Part shown: in pieces, positions 53,195 through 63,874 of the stretch
How the letters are laid out: every line of letters starts with the position of its first letter
How positions within the stretch are numbered: position 1 is the first letter of the stretch
Origin: Candidatus Undinarchaeota archaeon
Lineage (GTDB): Archaea > SpSt-1190 > JASMDC01
Direction of reading: 5' to 3'
Length of the DNA stretch: 64,000 nucleotides
NCBI GenBank assembly: GCA_964519305.1
Contig: CAZFHY010000001.1
Location: forward strand, 218,132 to 282,131
Notes under the pieces: model-generated
The model's input: the letters and a program-made list of their open reading frames with translations, nothing else
Database searches by the model: none
Told to the model about the DNA's origin: nothing
Made by a program: the position numbers and the translations under genes

Positions 53195-54963
53195 AGGGTG
53201 TGCTCGTGCACGTCGCCCACGGCCTTCGCTAGGACGGGTGGGACTGGTACGCGTGCCAACGGCTCCAAAGCGAAGTCCTGACGCATCACCAAGGAAGTCT
53301 TGGCCGTCCCTTGGCTCGTGTCGTAAAGGTATACGCATTCACCGCGTCCCAAGAGCGTCCTCACGTCCCCGTCCATCGTGTCCTCGATACCGCTCAGTCC
53401 AGGATCAGATCCCGGGACCAGGGGATGTCGGCCCCAGAGAGTGCGGGAACGCATAGGCTGGGCGGCGACCACGTAACACCCATCACTCACGAGCGAACGC
53501 CAGTCACTTGCAGTCCTCGTCTCGAGCTCGATTGCGTCACGTATCGGGGCTGAAAGATCGTCCACCGGGTCCGCAAGCGGATAGAGGACGGTCACGAGGA
53601 CCAGGCCTAACACGGCCAGTGCACCGAGCTGTCGGGGATATCGGGCACCGCCGAACATAGCGGCCCACCCAAGCACGAGAACGGGGAGGGCGAGGTGTAC
53701 GGTGCGGAGCGTGGCCCGAGTACTTTCGCCAAGCTCTCCACCGAACAATGGCCCGTAGGCGAAAGGCAGGTGAGCAAGGCCGGAGAGCACGAGAACCGCA
53801 ATTAGATGACCGCGCGAGCGACAGAGTGCTCGCGAGCCTGCTCCGGCAAGCAGAGCGTAGGGCACCATGGCGTTGATCATGTACCGGTGGATGACCGGCG
53901 TGGCGGTCGTGAAGGGCTCATGGAAGAGATAGGGCGTCATGCGAGCTACGAACCACAGGGCTGCCAGTGCGACGAATGGCGAGGGTGTCCGGTACCGAGC
54001 AGCGACACCGAGCACGGCCAGTGCCGTGAACAAGAACGGCTGGAAGTACCCGTCAAGCCAGTAAGAGACGTAATTGAGGTTGTGGAGGACGTAGGTGGGG
54101 CTCATCCGGCGGGATATGTCCATATACCCGAACGTCAGCTCTTGCCACTCCATTGCATATGGGACCAGCAGCGCCAGCGCCACCAGCCACGGGAGCACCG
54201 ACGGCTTGAAGCCCTTGCGTCGGCCCCATAGATAGATGAGCAGTACGGGCAGTGCAGCTACCGGATTCTCCCGGCGCACCGCGATATGGAATCCCAAGGC
54301 CGAGGCGGCAAGCCATCCCAGTGCAGGCCGCTGCGAGCGCACGTGGACCACGGCGGCAAGCACGGCCAGGACCTCTAGTAGCACAGAGGACACTTCGGAC
54401 AGCGCCTTGACGCTGAACCGGACGTGCATCGGTAGGAGAGCGAGAACAAGGGCCGCGGAGAGAGCGACCCGGTCGTCACGGCTCAGCGCACGGGCCAGAA
54501 GATAGGTAAGAGCTACAGTGAGCGTCCCCCCGAGCACGCCGAGCACACGGGGAACAGTGGTGCCGATACCAAGAAGCGATGAGAAGATGGCGAGCACGAA
54601 GGGGTAGCCGCTTGGATAGAACACAGCGTACTGTTGGCATATACTCCGCTCGTCCAGTGGTAGGAATAATGAGAACGGAAGCCGACCTTCTATCATCTCA
54701 CCAGTGGAGCAGAAGCCGTTGAGGCGGTAGATCAACATGCCCTCGGCCTGGTCTGTAAAGAAACCCTCTGACATCCAGGGGATGGGGTGAAAGGGATTGG
54801 CTGCACGTACGGCGAACGCCAGTATAAGAACAAGCAAGAGAGCATCGCGCTCGCGGTATCCACGGGGAAGAAGGACCGCAAACTGCCGCCGAGATGCGAC
54901 CAGGGCCACTACGAGCACCAGCAGGTTCAAGAGGGCTGCTGGCACCAACAGGGGTGACGGCAT
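53167..54963 (-). CDS. ArnT/PMT-like (GT-C fold) integral membrane glycosyltransferase, paralog 1
   Basis: YPSGYPF, LALLPMHVRFS, LSEV, RREN, RYM; ~13 TMs plus a soluble C-terminal domain. Confidence 0.8.
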   Translation of the reverse strand: MPSPLLVPAALLNLLVLVVALVASRRQFAVLLPRGYRERDALLLVLILAFAVRAANPFHPIPWMSEGFFTDQAEGMLIYRLNGFCSTGEMIEGRLPFSLFLPLDERSICQQYAVFYPSGYPFVLAIFSSLLGIGTTVPRVLGVLGGTLTVALTYLLARALSRDDRVALSAALVLALLPMHVRFSVKALSEVSSVLLEVLAVLAAVVHVRSQRPALGWLAASALGFHIAVRRENPVAALPVLLIYLWGRRKGFKPSVLPWLVALALLVPYAMEWQELTFGYMDISRRMSPTYVLHNLNYVSYWLDGYFQPFLFTALAVLGVAARYRTPSPFVALAALWFVARMTPYLFHEPFTTATPVIHRYMINAMVPYALLAGAGSRALCRSRGHLIAVLVLSGLAHLPFAYGPLFGGELGESTRATLRTVHLALPVLVLGWAAMFGGARYPRQLGALAVLGLVLVTVLYPLADPVDDLSAPIRDAIELETRTASDWRSLVSDGCYVVAAQPMRSRTLWGRHPLVPGSDPGLSGIEDTMDGDVRTLLGRGECVYLYDTSQGTAKTSLVMRQDFALEPLARVPVPPVLAKAVGDVHEHTLYRVSPPRG

Positions 54964-55047
54964 ACCTTCTGATGACACTCGCAAATTAATAAAGCGTACC
55001 ATCATCCAAGTAGGGTAGTTACTCGGGCTTGAGGTGGACGGGGCGCC

Positions 55048-56844
55048 TCAGCTCCGTGGCGGGAACACTCGGTAAAGGGCGTGGCCGCGCACGTCGCCCG
55101 CGGCCTCCACTAGGGCGGGCGGGATGGATTCGCGTGCCAGCAGTTCGAGCTTGAAGTCCTGACGCATCACGGAGGACGTCTTGGCCGTCCCCTGGCTCGT
55201 GTCGTAAAGGTATACGCATTCGCCGCGCCCCAGGAGCGTCCTCACGTCCTCGTCCAACGTGGCCTCGATACCGCTCAGTCCGGAATCAGATCCAGGGACC
55301 ACGGGATACCGGCCCCAGAGCATGCGGGAACGCATGGGCTGGGCGGCCGCCACGTAACAACCATCGCCCACGAGCGACCGCCAGTCATCTGCGATCCTCG
55401 TCCCGAGCTCGTTGGCGTCGCGAATCGGTGCTGAAAGATCGTCCACCGGATCCGCAAGCGGGTAGAGGACGGTCACGAGGATCAGACCCGACACGGCCAG
55501 TGCACCGAGCCGGCGGGGATACCGGGCACCACCTAACAGAGCGGCCCATCCGAGCACCAGAACGGGGAGGGCGAGGTGTATGATGCGAAGCAAGGTCCGG
55601 GTCCCCTCAGCGAGCTCGCCACCGAACAACGGTCCATAGGCAAATGGCAGGTGGGCGAGGCCGGATAGCACGAGCACGGCGACTAGGTGACCGCGTGAAC
55701 TACAGAGTGAGCGCGAGCCTGCCCCGGCAAGCAGAGCGTAGGGTACCATAGCGTTGATCATGTACCGGTGGATGACCGGCGTAGCGGTAGTGATAGGCTC
55801 GTGGAGGATGTAGGGCGCCATACGAACTATGAACCACAGGGTAACCAACGCCACGAATGACGAGGGTGCTCTATGAATGGTGGCGACACCGAGCATCGCG
55901 AGCGCTGTAAACAAGAATGGCTGAAAATGACCGTCGAGCCAGTAGGAGACGTAATTGAGGTTGTGCAGGTAGTAAACTGGATTCACTCGGCGGGGGATGT
56001 CCATGTAACCGAACGTCAGTTCGCTCCAATCCATTGCATGGGGGACAAGCAGCGCCAGCGCTACCAGCCATGGGAGCACTGACGGTTTGAATCCCTTGCG
56101 TCGGCCCCACAGATAGATGACCATGATGGGCACCACCGCGAGCGGATTCTCGCGACGCACGGTGATGTGAAGGACCAGGCTCGAGGCGGCCAGCCATCCC
56201 AGTGCGGGCCGCTGCGAGCGCACATGGACCACGGCGGCCAGCACAGCAAGGACCTCGACGAGCACTGAAGATACCTCGGACAGCATCTTGACACCGAACC
56301 TGACATGCATCGGTAAAAGGGCGAGCACCAGGGCCGCCGTGAGAGCCACACGGTAGTCACGGCTCAGCACACGAGCCAGGAAATATGTAAGGGCTACGGT
56401 GAGCGTCCCCCCGAGTACACCGAGCATCCAGGGCGCGGCGCCGCCGAAACCGAGTAGAGACGAGACTATGGCGAGCATGAACGGGTAGCCGCTCGGGTAG
56501 AACACAGCGAACTGTCGACACACATCGCGCTCGCCCATTGGAAGGAACAAGGAGAACGGAAGCCGGTTCTCTACAATCTTACCAAGAGAACAAATCCCGT
56601 TGAGGCGATAGACCACTATACCCTCTGCCTGGTCGCCATAGAAGCCTTCTGCCATCCAATGAAGGGGGCGGAATGGATTGGCTGCGCGTACGGTGAACGC
56701 CAGCAACAGTACAAGCAGGAGGGCATCGCGTTCGCGGCGTCCGCGGGGGACAAGAGCCGCAAACTGTCGTCGAGATGCGACAAGAGCCACTACGAGCACC
56801 AGCAGGTTCAGGAGGGATGCTGGCACCAGCAAGGGCGACGGCAT
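55048..56844 (-). CDS. ArnT/PMT-like (GT-C fold) glycosyltransferase, paralog 2
   Basis: Collinear close paralog of 53167-54963. Confidence 0.8.
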   Translation of the reverse strand: MPSPLLVPASLLNLLVLVVALVASRRQFAALVPRGRRERDALLLVLLLAFTVRAANPFRPLHWMAEGFYGDQAEGIVVYRLNGICSLGKIVENRLPFSLFLPMGERDVCRQFAVFYPSGYPFMLAIVSSLLGFGGAAPWMLGVLGGTLTVALTYFLARVLSRDYRVALTAALVLALLPMHVRFGVKMLSEVSSVLVEVLAVLAAVVHVRSQRPALGWLAASSLVLHITVRRENPLAVVPIMVIYLWGRRKGFKPSVLPWLVALALLVPHAMDWSELTFGYMDIPRRVNPVYYLHNLNYVSYWLDGHFQPFLFTALAMLGVATIHRAPSSFVALVTLWFIVRMAPYILHEPITTATPVIHRYMINAMVPYALLAGAGSRSLCSSRGHLVAVLVLSGLAHLPFAYGPLFGGELAEGTRTLLRIIHLALPVLVLGWAALLGGARYPRRLGALAVSGLILVTVLYPLADPVDDLSAPIRDANELGTRIADDWRSLVGDGCYVAAAQPMRSRMLWGRYPVVPGSDSGLSGIEATLDEDVRTLLGRGECVYLYDTSQGTAKTSSVMRQDFKLELLARESIPPALVEAAGDVRGHALYRVFPPRS

Positions 56845-56962
56845 ACCTGCCGATGACACTCGAACATTAATAAAGCGTACCTCCACACGAGCGTGAGGGC
56901 AGGATGATGTGGTCCTTTCTGAATAACTCTCCCTTGTCCTGAAAAAAAGTTACCGGCTAATA

Positions 56963-58030
56963 CTATCTCAGCAGCCAAGCCAGCGACGGTGGCCAGAATC
57001 TGCAGGCGTTGGATATGTCCGTCTCGTGGGTGCACCAGCACTCGCCGCGGGTGATCTCCTCGCGCACCTGTTTCGCCTTCTCGCTCATCCACACCCGTCT
57101 AAAGTCGTACCCCTCCTCCCGCAGATTGCCCAGAGGTCGGTCCAGCATCTCGCAAGGGTACACCACACCACGTTCGGTGAGCACCGCTTCCAGCAGGCCT
57201 GCGCGGCACGGGGCCACCCGCTCATGCTCGCGGTACGCCCGTGCCACGGCTCGCGAGAGCAGGTCAGGTCGATGACCGAAACCGCGGGGGTACCTACCCT
57301 GCTCGCGTACAAGAGTGAAGGCGGCCTCCACGTCCTCGGGCGACAGACCGAGCACATCCGGATCGCGGGGGTGGGAACGGGCTAGGGTCACCGAGAACGT
57401 AGGTCCGTTCCACGGCGGGCGGGACAGGAGCTGTAGCGTGTCCTGAACGACGTGGACGTTGAGACGAGAGAGGGTCATATTGACAGCTACATCAAGACGT
57501 GGTTCCTCCCGGGCCAGTTCGTTGAGACGCCATCGGGTGCGAAGGAGCTTTGAGTAGGCGCCCTCACCGCGAATGGCGTCGTGCACATCCTCCGGTCCGT
57601 CCAGAGAGAGGTTCACCCGGAGCCGTGCGGGACGACATGCATCGAGCACATCGGACACTGACCGTTCCACGCGATCAGGGAGCAGACCGTTCGTCGGGAG
57701 GTTTATGACCTCTGTGCTGCACGACCGGACGAAAGGCTCTACCAGCCCGGCCAGATCGTCGCGGAGCGTGGGTTCACCACCACTGAGCAAGAGGAGCGGG
57801 AGCCGGGGAATAGACGCCGCGATACGCTCGACCTCGTCCGGAGTGAGCTCCTTGGACGTGTCGGCCGCGTCAGTCTCACGCCAGTAGAAGCAGTGAGGAC
57901 ATCGTGCGTTGCATCGTGCGGTGACGAAGAAGGTGAGGTACACAGGCCACGGTGTGGTCAGGAGCCGCGAGTAACCGAGCGCGAGGTAGCGTAGGCCAAG
58001 TGTACGCCGGGTCAGTGCCTCACCGAGCAT
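56963..58030 (-). CDS. Radical SAM protein with C-terminal SPASM/twitch-like domain
   Basis: CNARCPHC, SGGEP, CRAG...VYPCE...CWCTHE. Confidence 0.88.
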   Translation of the reverse strand: MLGEALTRRTLGLRYLALGYSRLLTTPWPVYLTFFVTARCNARCPHCFYWRETDAADTSKELTPDEVERIAASIPRLPLLLLSGGEPTLRDDLAGLVEPFVRSCSTEVINLPTNGLLPDRVERSVSDVLDACRPARLRVNLSLDGPEDVHDAIRGEGAYSKLLRTRWRLNELAREEPRLDVAVNMTLSRLNVHVVQDTLQLLSRPPWNGPTFSVTLARSHPRDPDVLGLSPEDVEAAFTLVREQGRYPRGFGHRPDLLSRAVARAYREHERVAPCRAGLLEAVLTERGVVYPCEMLDRPLGNLREEGYDFRRVWMSEKAKQVREEITRGECWCTHETDISNACRFWPPSLAWLLR

Positions 58031-58183
58031 TGAGATGGTTGTGTGCCGCGATCATTTAAACCTGTTGTCGGCGCCCGACCAATGCACTGCTGGTAACGTC
58101 GCCTGATGCCGACTACGCGCTGCACTGCACCCGGTGCGCCCGTGTGGATAAGCTTTTATGTGTGCGATGCGGGCAGAGAAAGC

Positions 58184-59326
58184 GTGAGAAACGCTCTCGC
58201 CCTGTCCGTGGTATTAGTGATGCTCACGGCCCTTGCCGTTGATACCATCACGGTCACAGGGGATATTTCGTTCCACCCCGATCCCCGAGGCCTTTGGATC
58301 GCGCCGGCCGAGTATGAGTACCCGGACGGACAACCGGATTGCGAGGCCAATGACAAGGGATCCTGTCTTGCGCTCGATGACTGCACTTGGGTGGTCGACC
58401 CACGCGGCCCTCCGCCCTCGGGCGAACCTCCGTACTATTGCGTGATCGCCAATCCACCCCATGTATCCCCTCCGCCACTTCCGGACATGATCGGCGTCCG
58501 ACTCGATGGGATTGACCTCACGAACCCGGCATCCGTGTTCGCCATCCTGGTCAGATATGACACTCAAGGTCCGTCAAAGACCGTCGTGGATGGTGGAATG
58601 CTGGGACAGGGTCAGGATGTAACGGAGATACAGACCCCCTTCCTTCCCTACAGTCCCGGTCGCGTGGACGTGTCGATCTGCCTCAATACGACATCCTGCC
58701 CCTCGTGGGACGAGGACTGCTCTACCTGTCGTTCGGAACGGCTAATGATCCACTGGATCGACGGCGAGAACGGAGGACCAAGCAATCTAAGTGCCATCCC
58801 GGCCAGCACATGGTTCACGGTGCCAATACGGGGCGATCCGTCGCTCTGGGAGGATGAGGTTGAGCGAGTGAGGGCGACCTTCAATGTGATGGCGCTCACA
58901 TCTCAGTGGTGGACGCGATGCCAGCTCTTGGGTATGGATGATGAGAACTCAGTGACCGTCGACCTCTGCCAAGAAGGAGGTTCACTCACGCCTGACGTCT
59001 GCCAGCCCAGGGAACCGACGGGCATGGAAGGCCAGGAGGTCGGGCTCGTCATCACTCCGCCATCAGGTGGATGGCGTGCAGGTCGGTACGAGGTCATGTG
59101 CAACGTGTCGGTCAAGAACTATGTCGATGTCACGACTAACCATATCCAGGCCGGTTTCGATGTGTTGCGACAGGTCCCACCTAGAGGGAAGGGTGGAACG
59201 GTCATGACCGTGTTCATTGTCCTCGGACTTGCCGTGGCAGTGATTATTTGGCGACAGGACGAGGGACCGAGTGATCCTGTGCTCGTCCCGAAAGCTGATG
59301 TGAATACCAAACGCAAGCGCCGTTAG
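58184..59326 (+). CDS. Secreted Cys-containing protein with C-terminal TM anchor and basic tail
   Basis: Signal peptide from GTG 58184 (MRNALALSVVLVMLTALA), TM TVFIVLGLAVAVIIW, tail ending KRKRR. Confidence 0.7.
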   Translation: MRNALALSVVLVMLTALAVDTITVTGDISFHPDPRGLWIAPAEYEYPDGQPDCEANDKGSCLALDDCTWVVDPRGPPPSGEPPYYCVIANPPHVSPPPLPDMIGVRLDGIDLTNPASVFAILVRYDTQGPSKTVVDGGMLGQGQDVTEIQTPFLPYSPGRVDVSICLNTTSCPSWDEDCSTCRSERLMIHWIDGENGGPSNLSAIPASTWFTVPIRGDPSLWEDEVERVRATFNVMALTSQWWTRCQLLGMDDENSVTVDLCQEGGSLTPDVCQPREPTGMEGQEVGLVITPPSGGWRAGRYEVMCNVSVKNYVDVTTNHIQAGFDVLRQVPPRGKGGTVMTVFIVLGLAVAVIIWRQDEGPSDPVLVPKADVNTKRKRR

Positions 59327-60822
59327 TCCGTCCTCCGACGGCCTCGGTGCGTCAAGCGCTGGCGTATCCCCCAGTAGAGCGACTCCTCGAGTCCCATGAA
59401 CCGGGTGTCCCCCGAGGCTAGACGGGCCCGCGCTACCGGCCGGTAGACCTGTGTGGCCAGACCCAGAAGCTGGCTCCCCATATGGCTCGATGCATCACCG
59501 AGGAAAGCGGTCGCTACATGGAGCCGTCGTAGAAGCGCGGCACGCTCTGGGCTCACCCATGGGAGGATGTCCTCGAACCCGTGGGCCAGTGCTTCATGAG
59601 GTTCGTAATCCGCCCACGAGGCAAGGTCATCCGGTGGTACTAGCCCGTTCTGCACGGCCATATCCATATAGGGTGTGCCAGGGAAGGGGATGGCCGGATT
59701 CAGGGGAAAGGTCGAGGCCCGGGGATTGTCAGATATGAGACGGACCATCAGCGCGAGTGTCGCATCGAGCATCTCGCGGGTCTCGCCGGGGAATCCGCAC
59801 ATGAACGAGTACCATGGCGATATTGTGAATCCAGCCAGCCGTCGGTTGAGCGCGACCACGTCATCGACACAGACACCCTTGCACAGCTTGTCGACCATAT
59901 GCTGAGAACCGGACTCTACACCGATAAGAATGGCCACGAGCCCGCTGGAGGACAGAAGCCCGATCTCATCGTCCGATAACCGTGCGAGGTTGTTCACGTA
60001 CGCCTCCGCCTCCCAGAGCACGTCCAGTTCCCGGTCGAGAAGGCCGCGACCGATGTCAAGGACACGCTGCTGGTCTACCATTGAACACTGTTCCATGTAC
60101 CATATGTATCCTAGTCGATGTCGCTCTACGAGCGATTCGGTAAGATCGAGCGTCCTTGCGGCCGAGAGCGCATGCCACCTGCCACGTGACTGTAACGGTG
60201 TGGCGCAGAAGGTGCACCGGTGTTGGCAACCGCGCACGGTGGAGATGTTCATGCACCGTCGACCCCGGCGATGGAACACATACCGCTCGGCGTCCACGAG
60301 GTGGAGGGGCGGATCGGGCAGCTCGTCCAGCTCAACGTGTGGACGATACGGGTTCACTCGGACCTTACCATCATGTGGAAACGCAAGCCCTGGCACTGTA
60401 TCGAGATTCTCCCCGCCCTCCAGAGCGCGGACGTATTCCCACAGCGTCAATTCACCGTCACCGACCACGACAGCGTCCACCATGGGGTGGTGCGCCGTCC
60501 CTACAGGGTCCAGGGTCGCGTGAGGACCGCCCCATAGCACCGGGACGCCAGGGTCTTCCTCCCGGACCACTTGTGCCACCTCCAGTGCACGGGTTATCTG
60601 GGGACCCGTCATGGCCGTTACACCGACGCATATCGGTCCCGAGCGAACAGCGGTGCGCAATTCCTGCTCCCAGCCGGGCGTCACCCGCTGGTCGATGATG
60701 CTAACCGACCGCTCACGGCACACCAGTGACGCGGCCATCAGTAGTGAGAGCGGGAGAGTCGGGCGGTCCTGCAGCTCGTCCTGGATTGCTACACGAGGCT
60801 GGACAAGCACCACATCGGCCAT
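59323..60822 (-). CDS. Cobalamin-binding radical SAM protein (class B methyltransferase-like)
   Basis: B12 domain (VGVTAMTGPQI, WGGPHAT, GDGE), RGCQHRCTFC, IGVESGS, GFPGET. Confidence 0.9.
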   Translation of the reverse strand: MADVVLVQPRVAIQDELQDRPTLPLSLLMAASLVCRERSVSIIDQRVTPGWEQELRTAVRSGPICVGVTAMTGPQITRALEVAQVVREEDPGVPVLWGGPHATLDPVGTAHHPMVDAVVVGDGELTLWEYVRALEGGENLDTVPGLAFPHDGKVRVNPYRPHVELDELPDPPLHLVDAERYVFHRRGRRCMNISTVRGCQHRCTFCATPLQSRGRWHALSAARTLDLTESLVERHRLGYIWYMEQCSMVDQQRVLDIGRGLLDRELDVLWEAEAYVNNLARLSDDEIGLLSSSGLVAILIGVESGSQHMVDKLCKGVCVDDVVALNRRLAGFTISPWYSFMCGFPGETREMLDATLALMVRLISDNPRASTFPLNPAIPFPGTPYMDMAVQNGLVPPDDLASWADYEPHEALAHGFEDILPWVSPERAALLRRLHVATAFLGDASSHMGSQLLGLATQVYRPVARARLASGDTRFMGLEESLYWGIRQRLTHRGRRRTD

Positions 60823-60975
60823 GGTTGAGACCTGACTAGCCGGGATGCAGGAGCTTTAAAAAACGAACGGCCCTGTCGTCCCACCCCCAGACCTCCGGTC
60901 AATGGCTCGCGGCCCTCCCAGTAAGGGGTGACCTTCGGAATAATCATAATGGTGTGCTGCAATCATTCAGAGCTG

Positions 60976-61968
60976 TTAGCGACGTTCAGGCGACGCTCCG
61001 CCAGTTAGCAGCTGGAGCACTCCCACCATCAGTCCAAGGACCTGGACGAAGGAGAAGACCATTGATTGAACAAAAGCAGCTAAAGCCACCGTAACCGATG
61101 CGTGGCGCAGGCTGAACGCAAGGAAAGGCAGGTTCCACGCTGCCAGCGCTGCTGCTGCGAATACCGAAGCTGTCGGAGGGAGGACGCCGACCAGAGTGGC
61201 TATGGACATCGTGATGACCACTACAGCAAGAGCAACGCCGACGGGCATGTATAGGGAGTCGAAGGGTCTGAACACACGCCCTCTATTAGAAGTCTGATGC
61301 AGAAACCCATGGACGTACAAACGCGAATTATGGAACCGGCTGGTCCAGTATCCAAGCAAAGTAGGGTGGTTGATATGGTCGACGGGCAGGTCGACCGCAT
61401 GCATGACCCGGAGCCCGCGTCCACGCAATGCCCACCCAAGTTCGATGTCCTCAACCGATGCCCGGTCGATGCCCTCATCGAAGGGCGTCGCCAAGACTAC
61501 ATCGCGGTGCATGGACATGGCGGCAGACATCAGAGCAATGGCATCTTCGGAGATGCCTGCGACCCAGTAGGCGTTCTGCAGGTTGACGACAGCGGGGATC
61601 AGAGTATCGTACGTCGTGTCGGGATCGTATGGGCTGAACACTGCGCCCACGTCGGGGCCGCACGCGCGCTCGGCCAGGGTACCGATGGTGCCTGGCCTGA
61701 TCCTGATATCGGCGTCGATGAACACGATCATATCGCCCGTCGCCTCCCGCGCGCCACGGTTCCGGCATGCAGCGGGACCGCGACGTCCCTCCATGACCAC
61801 AACCCTCACCCCATGACGCTCGGCGATGTCCACGGAACCGTCGGTGGAGCAGTCGTCCACGACGATGATCTCGAGGTCATCTTTAGCATCGCTGAGGATT
61901 GCGTCCAAGCACTCGTTGAGGGTGTCAGCGCCGTTACGCACAGGGATGACGACGGTGACGGAAGTCAT
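60976..61968 (-). CDS. Glycosyltransferase family 2 with C-terminal TM helices
   Basis: VVIPVRN, VDDCSTDGS, GPAACRNRG, FIDAD, EDIELG. Confidence 0.92.
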   Translation of the reverse strand: MTSVTVVIPVRNGADTLNECLDAILSDAKDDLEIIVVDDCSTDGSVDIAERHGVRVVVMEGRRGPAACRNRGAREATGDMIVFIDADIRIRPGTIGTLAERACGPDVGAVFSPYDPDTTYDTLIPAVVNLQNAYWVAGISEDAIALMSAAMSMHRDVVLATPFDEGIDRASVEDIELGWALRGRGLRVMHAVDLPVDHINHPTLLGYWTSRFHNSRLYVHGFLHQTSNRGRVFRPFDSLYMPVGVALAVVVITMSIATLVGVLPPTASVFAAAALAAWNLPFLAFSLRHASVTVALAAFVQSMVFSFVQVLGLMVGVLQLLTGGASPERR

Positions 61969-62004
61969 GGCCGACAAGTTCTCGACTCCGCAACATTATT
62001 ATGA

Positions 62005-63768
62005 CTATGGCCCCCGGGGCGCCACAATACGCCACAGAGCTAATTCTTTAAAGTCGGTGGGTCCATCAGCACTCTCGCTCATCACTCCTTCGCCAGCGAT
62101 CCTCTCCAACCGAAAGGAATCGTGGACCATTGCGGCCGTGCGTGGTGTCCCCGAGTATACTCGCTCATAGTAGTACAGGCACTCGCCATCGGCCAGGAGG
62201 CCGGTGATATCTGTCCGCAGACGAGGGACCGCGTCAGGAACGACGTTGTCGCCCTCAGGTATGACACCTTTCTGATCAATCACTACACGCCGTCCCCATG
62301 CATACGCTGTCTCGATGGGGGACTCGCATACAATATAGCACTCACGGCCCACCAATGGCCTCCACTGCTCGATTATGTTCATCTCCAGTTCGTAGGCTCC
62401 GCTGATATTTCGTGGCACCCCATCGGCGGTAAATACTGCTGGATAGAGTACGTTGACCAGCACAATCCCTGCCAAGCCCATTGCCACGAGCCAACGCCGG
62501 TACGCACCGTCGGCGCGCCAGGAGGTCCCCGCTAGGAGCGCTAAGGGTAAGGCCAGGTGGACGGCGGCGAGTACGGAGCGGGCACCGGGTTCCAGTTCTA
62601 TTCCGTAGAAAGGTGCATAGGCGAAAGGTAGGTGAGCTAGGCCCGAGAGCGTGACGGCCGCGACAACAACGGCCACCGACGGGGAAAGGATGTGTGCGCC
62701 CACCCCACAGAGCAGTGCGAAGGGCACGGATGCGGGAAGCATGTATCGGGGCACGAAACCACTGAATGTGTGGACCACGTGCAGACCCACACGCGAGGCG
62801 AACCACAGCGCCACCAGAGCACCCATGGGACCAGCACCGCGGCTCACGGCGGCTGCACCCAGCAGTGCCAGGGCGGTGAATAAAAAGGGCTGGTGGAAGC
62901 CATCAATCCAATAAGTTATGTAGCGGGCGTTGTGCGGGATGGACTGCAGTGAGATCCGTCTCGTGAGCGGGAGGCCTCCATATAGGAACTCGCCGAAATC
63001 AGAAAAATGGGGTACGAGGAACACAGCAGCTAGCAGCCACGGGAGGGGAGCGGGGTACACGCCATATCGCCGCATGCCCCATGCATACACGACAGCCAGT
63101 GGCACCAGTGCCAGCGGGTTCTCTACTCTGAACGTGACATGTAGCGCAAAGGCCGCTGCAGCCAGCCAGGCGCCCGACCGGCGGCCGGTACGCACATGAA
63201 GAAGTGCTCCGCTCACAGCCAGACACTCGGTAAGGACGGACAACACCTCGGACATCGTAACCGTAGCATACCGCACGTGCATCGGAAGAAGGGCGAGCAC
63301 AAGTGCGGCGCCCAAGCCTTCAATGTGACTACGGTCCAGCATGCGCATGATAAGGTAGACACAGCTCACGGTCGCTAAGCCCGCCATGGTGCCCAAGAGA
63401 ACGGTGGCCTGGTCGGTGAAGCCCGTGGCAGAGGACATCAGGGCGAGGAGGACTGGATAGCCTATGGACTTGAAAGCACTGAAACGCTGACAGTCGCCAA
63501 GCTCACCAAGCGAGCAGAGCACGTTGAGCCTGTGGTGGACCAGTCCCGCTGCCTGGAGACGGAAGAACGTGTCATCCATGCTGGGGACCTGACGATACGG
63601 GCTGAGCGCCCGCACACCGAGAGCGAGCAGTAGAACTAGTAGAAGAGCGCGTCGCTCCCGCCTGTCGCGTGGTACGAAAGATGCCAGGCCGCGTCGCGAG
63701 GCTACCAAAGCTCCCGCGAGGAGCAGAAGGTTCGCTAGGATGACCGGTAGCGCCAGAGGCGACGGCAT
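62005..63768 (-). CDS. ArnT/PMT-like (GT-C fold) glycosyltransferase, paralog 3
   Basis: MPSPL start, GYP, LALLPMHVRY, MSEV, RVEN, QPFLFTALA, RYM, all shared with paralogs 1 and 2. Confidence 0.8.
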   Translation of the reverse strand: MPSPLALPVILANLLLLAGALVASRRGLASFVPRDRRERRALLLVLLLALGVRALSPYRQVPSMDDTFFRLQAAGLVHHRLNVLCSLGELGDCQRFSAFKSIGYPVLLALMSSATGFTDQATVLLGTMAGLATVSCVYLIMRMLDRSHIEGLGAALVLALLPMHVRYATVTMSEVLSVLTECLAVSGALLHVRTGRRSGAWLAAAAFALHVTFRVENPLALVPLAVVYAWGMRRYGVYPAPLPWLLAAVFLVPHFSDFGEFLYGGLPLTRRISLQSIPHNARYITYWIDGFHQPFLFTALALLGAAAVSRGAGPMGALVALWFASRVGLHVVHTFSGFVPRYMLPASVPFALLCGVGAHILSPSVAVVVAAVTLSGLAHLPFAYAPFYGIELEPGARSVLAAVHLALPLALLAGTSWRADGAYRRWLVAMGLAGIVLVNVLYPAVFTADGVPRNISGAYELEMNIIEQWRPLVGRECYIVCESPIETAYAWGRRVVIDQKGVIPEGDNVVPDAVPRLRTDITGLLADGECLYYYERVYSGTPRTAAMVHDSFRLERIAGEGVMSESADGPTDFKELALWRIVAPRGP

Positions 63769-63874
63769 TGCACGCTATGCGAGTCGAACCTTTAAAGAGG
63801 TTCCGCGCCCAGCTATGTTCACGGAACCGTCAGGGGAGCTAGCGTCCACCACGATGCCCTCGACCTGAGTTAGA

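Larger units (their letters stand above)
53141..56881. repeat. Tandem duplication (period 1,881 bp) of a GT-C gene with its promoter
   Basis: Units 53141-55000 and 55022-56881. Stops at 53167/55048 and starts at 54963/56844 are each 1,881 apart. Shared upstream GATGACACTCG...ATTAATAAAGCGTACC. Confidence 0.9.

Noticed and set aside
59323-60822. Specific call as GDGT ring synthase or lipid methylase
   Set aside because: The B12 radical SAM architecture alone cannot distinguish these; a phylogeny is needed.
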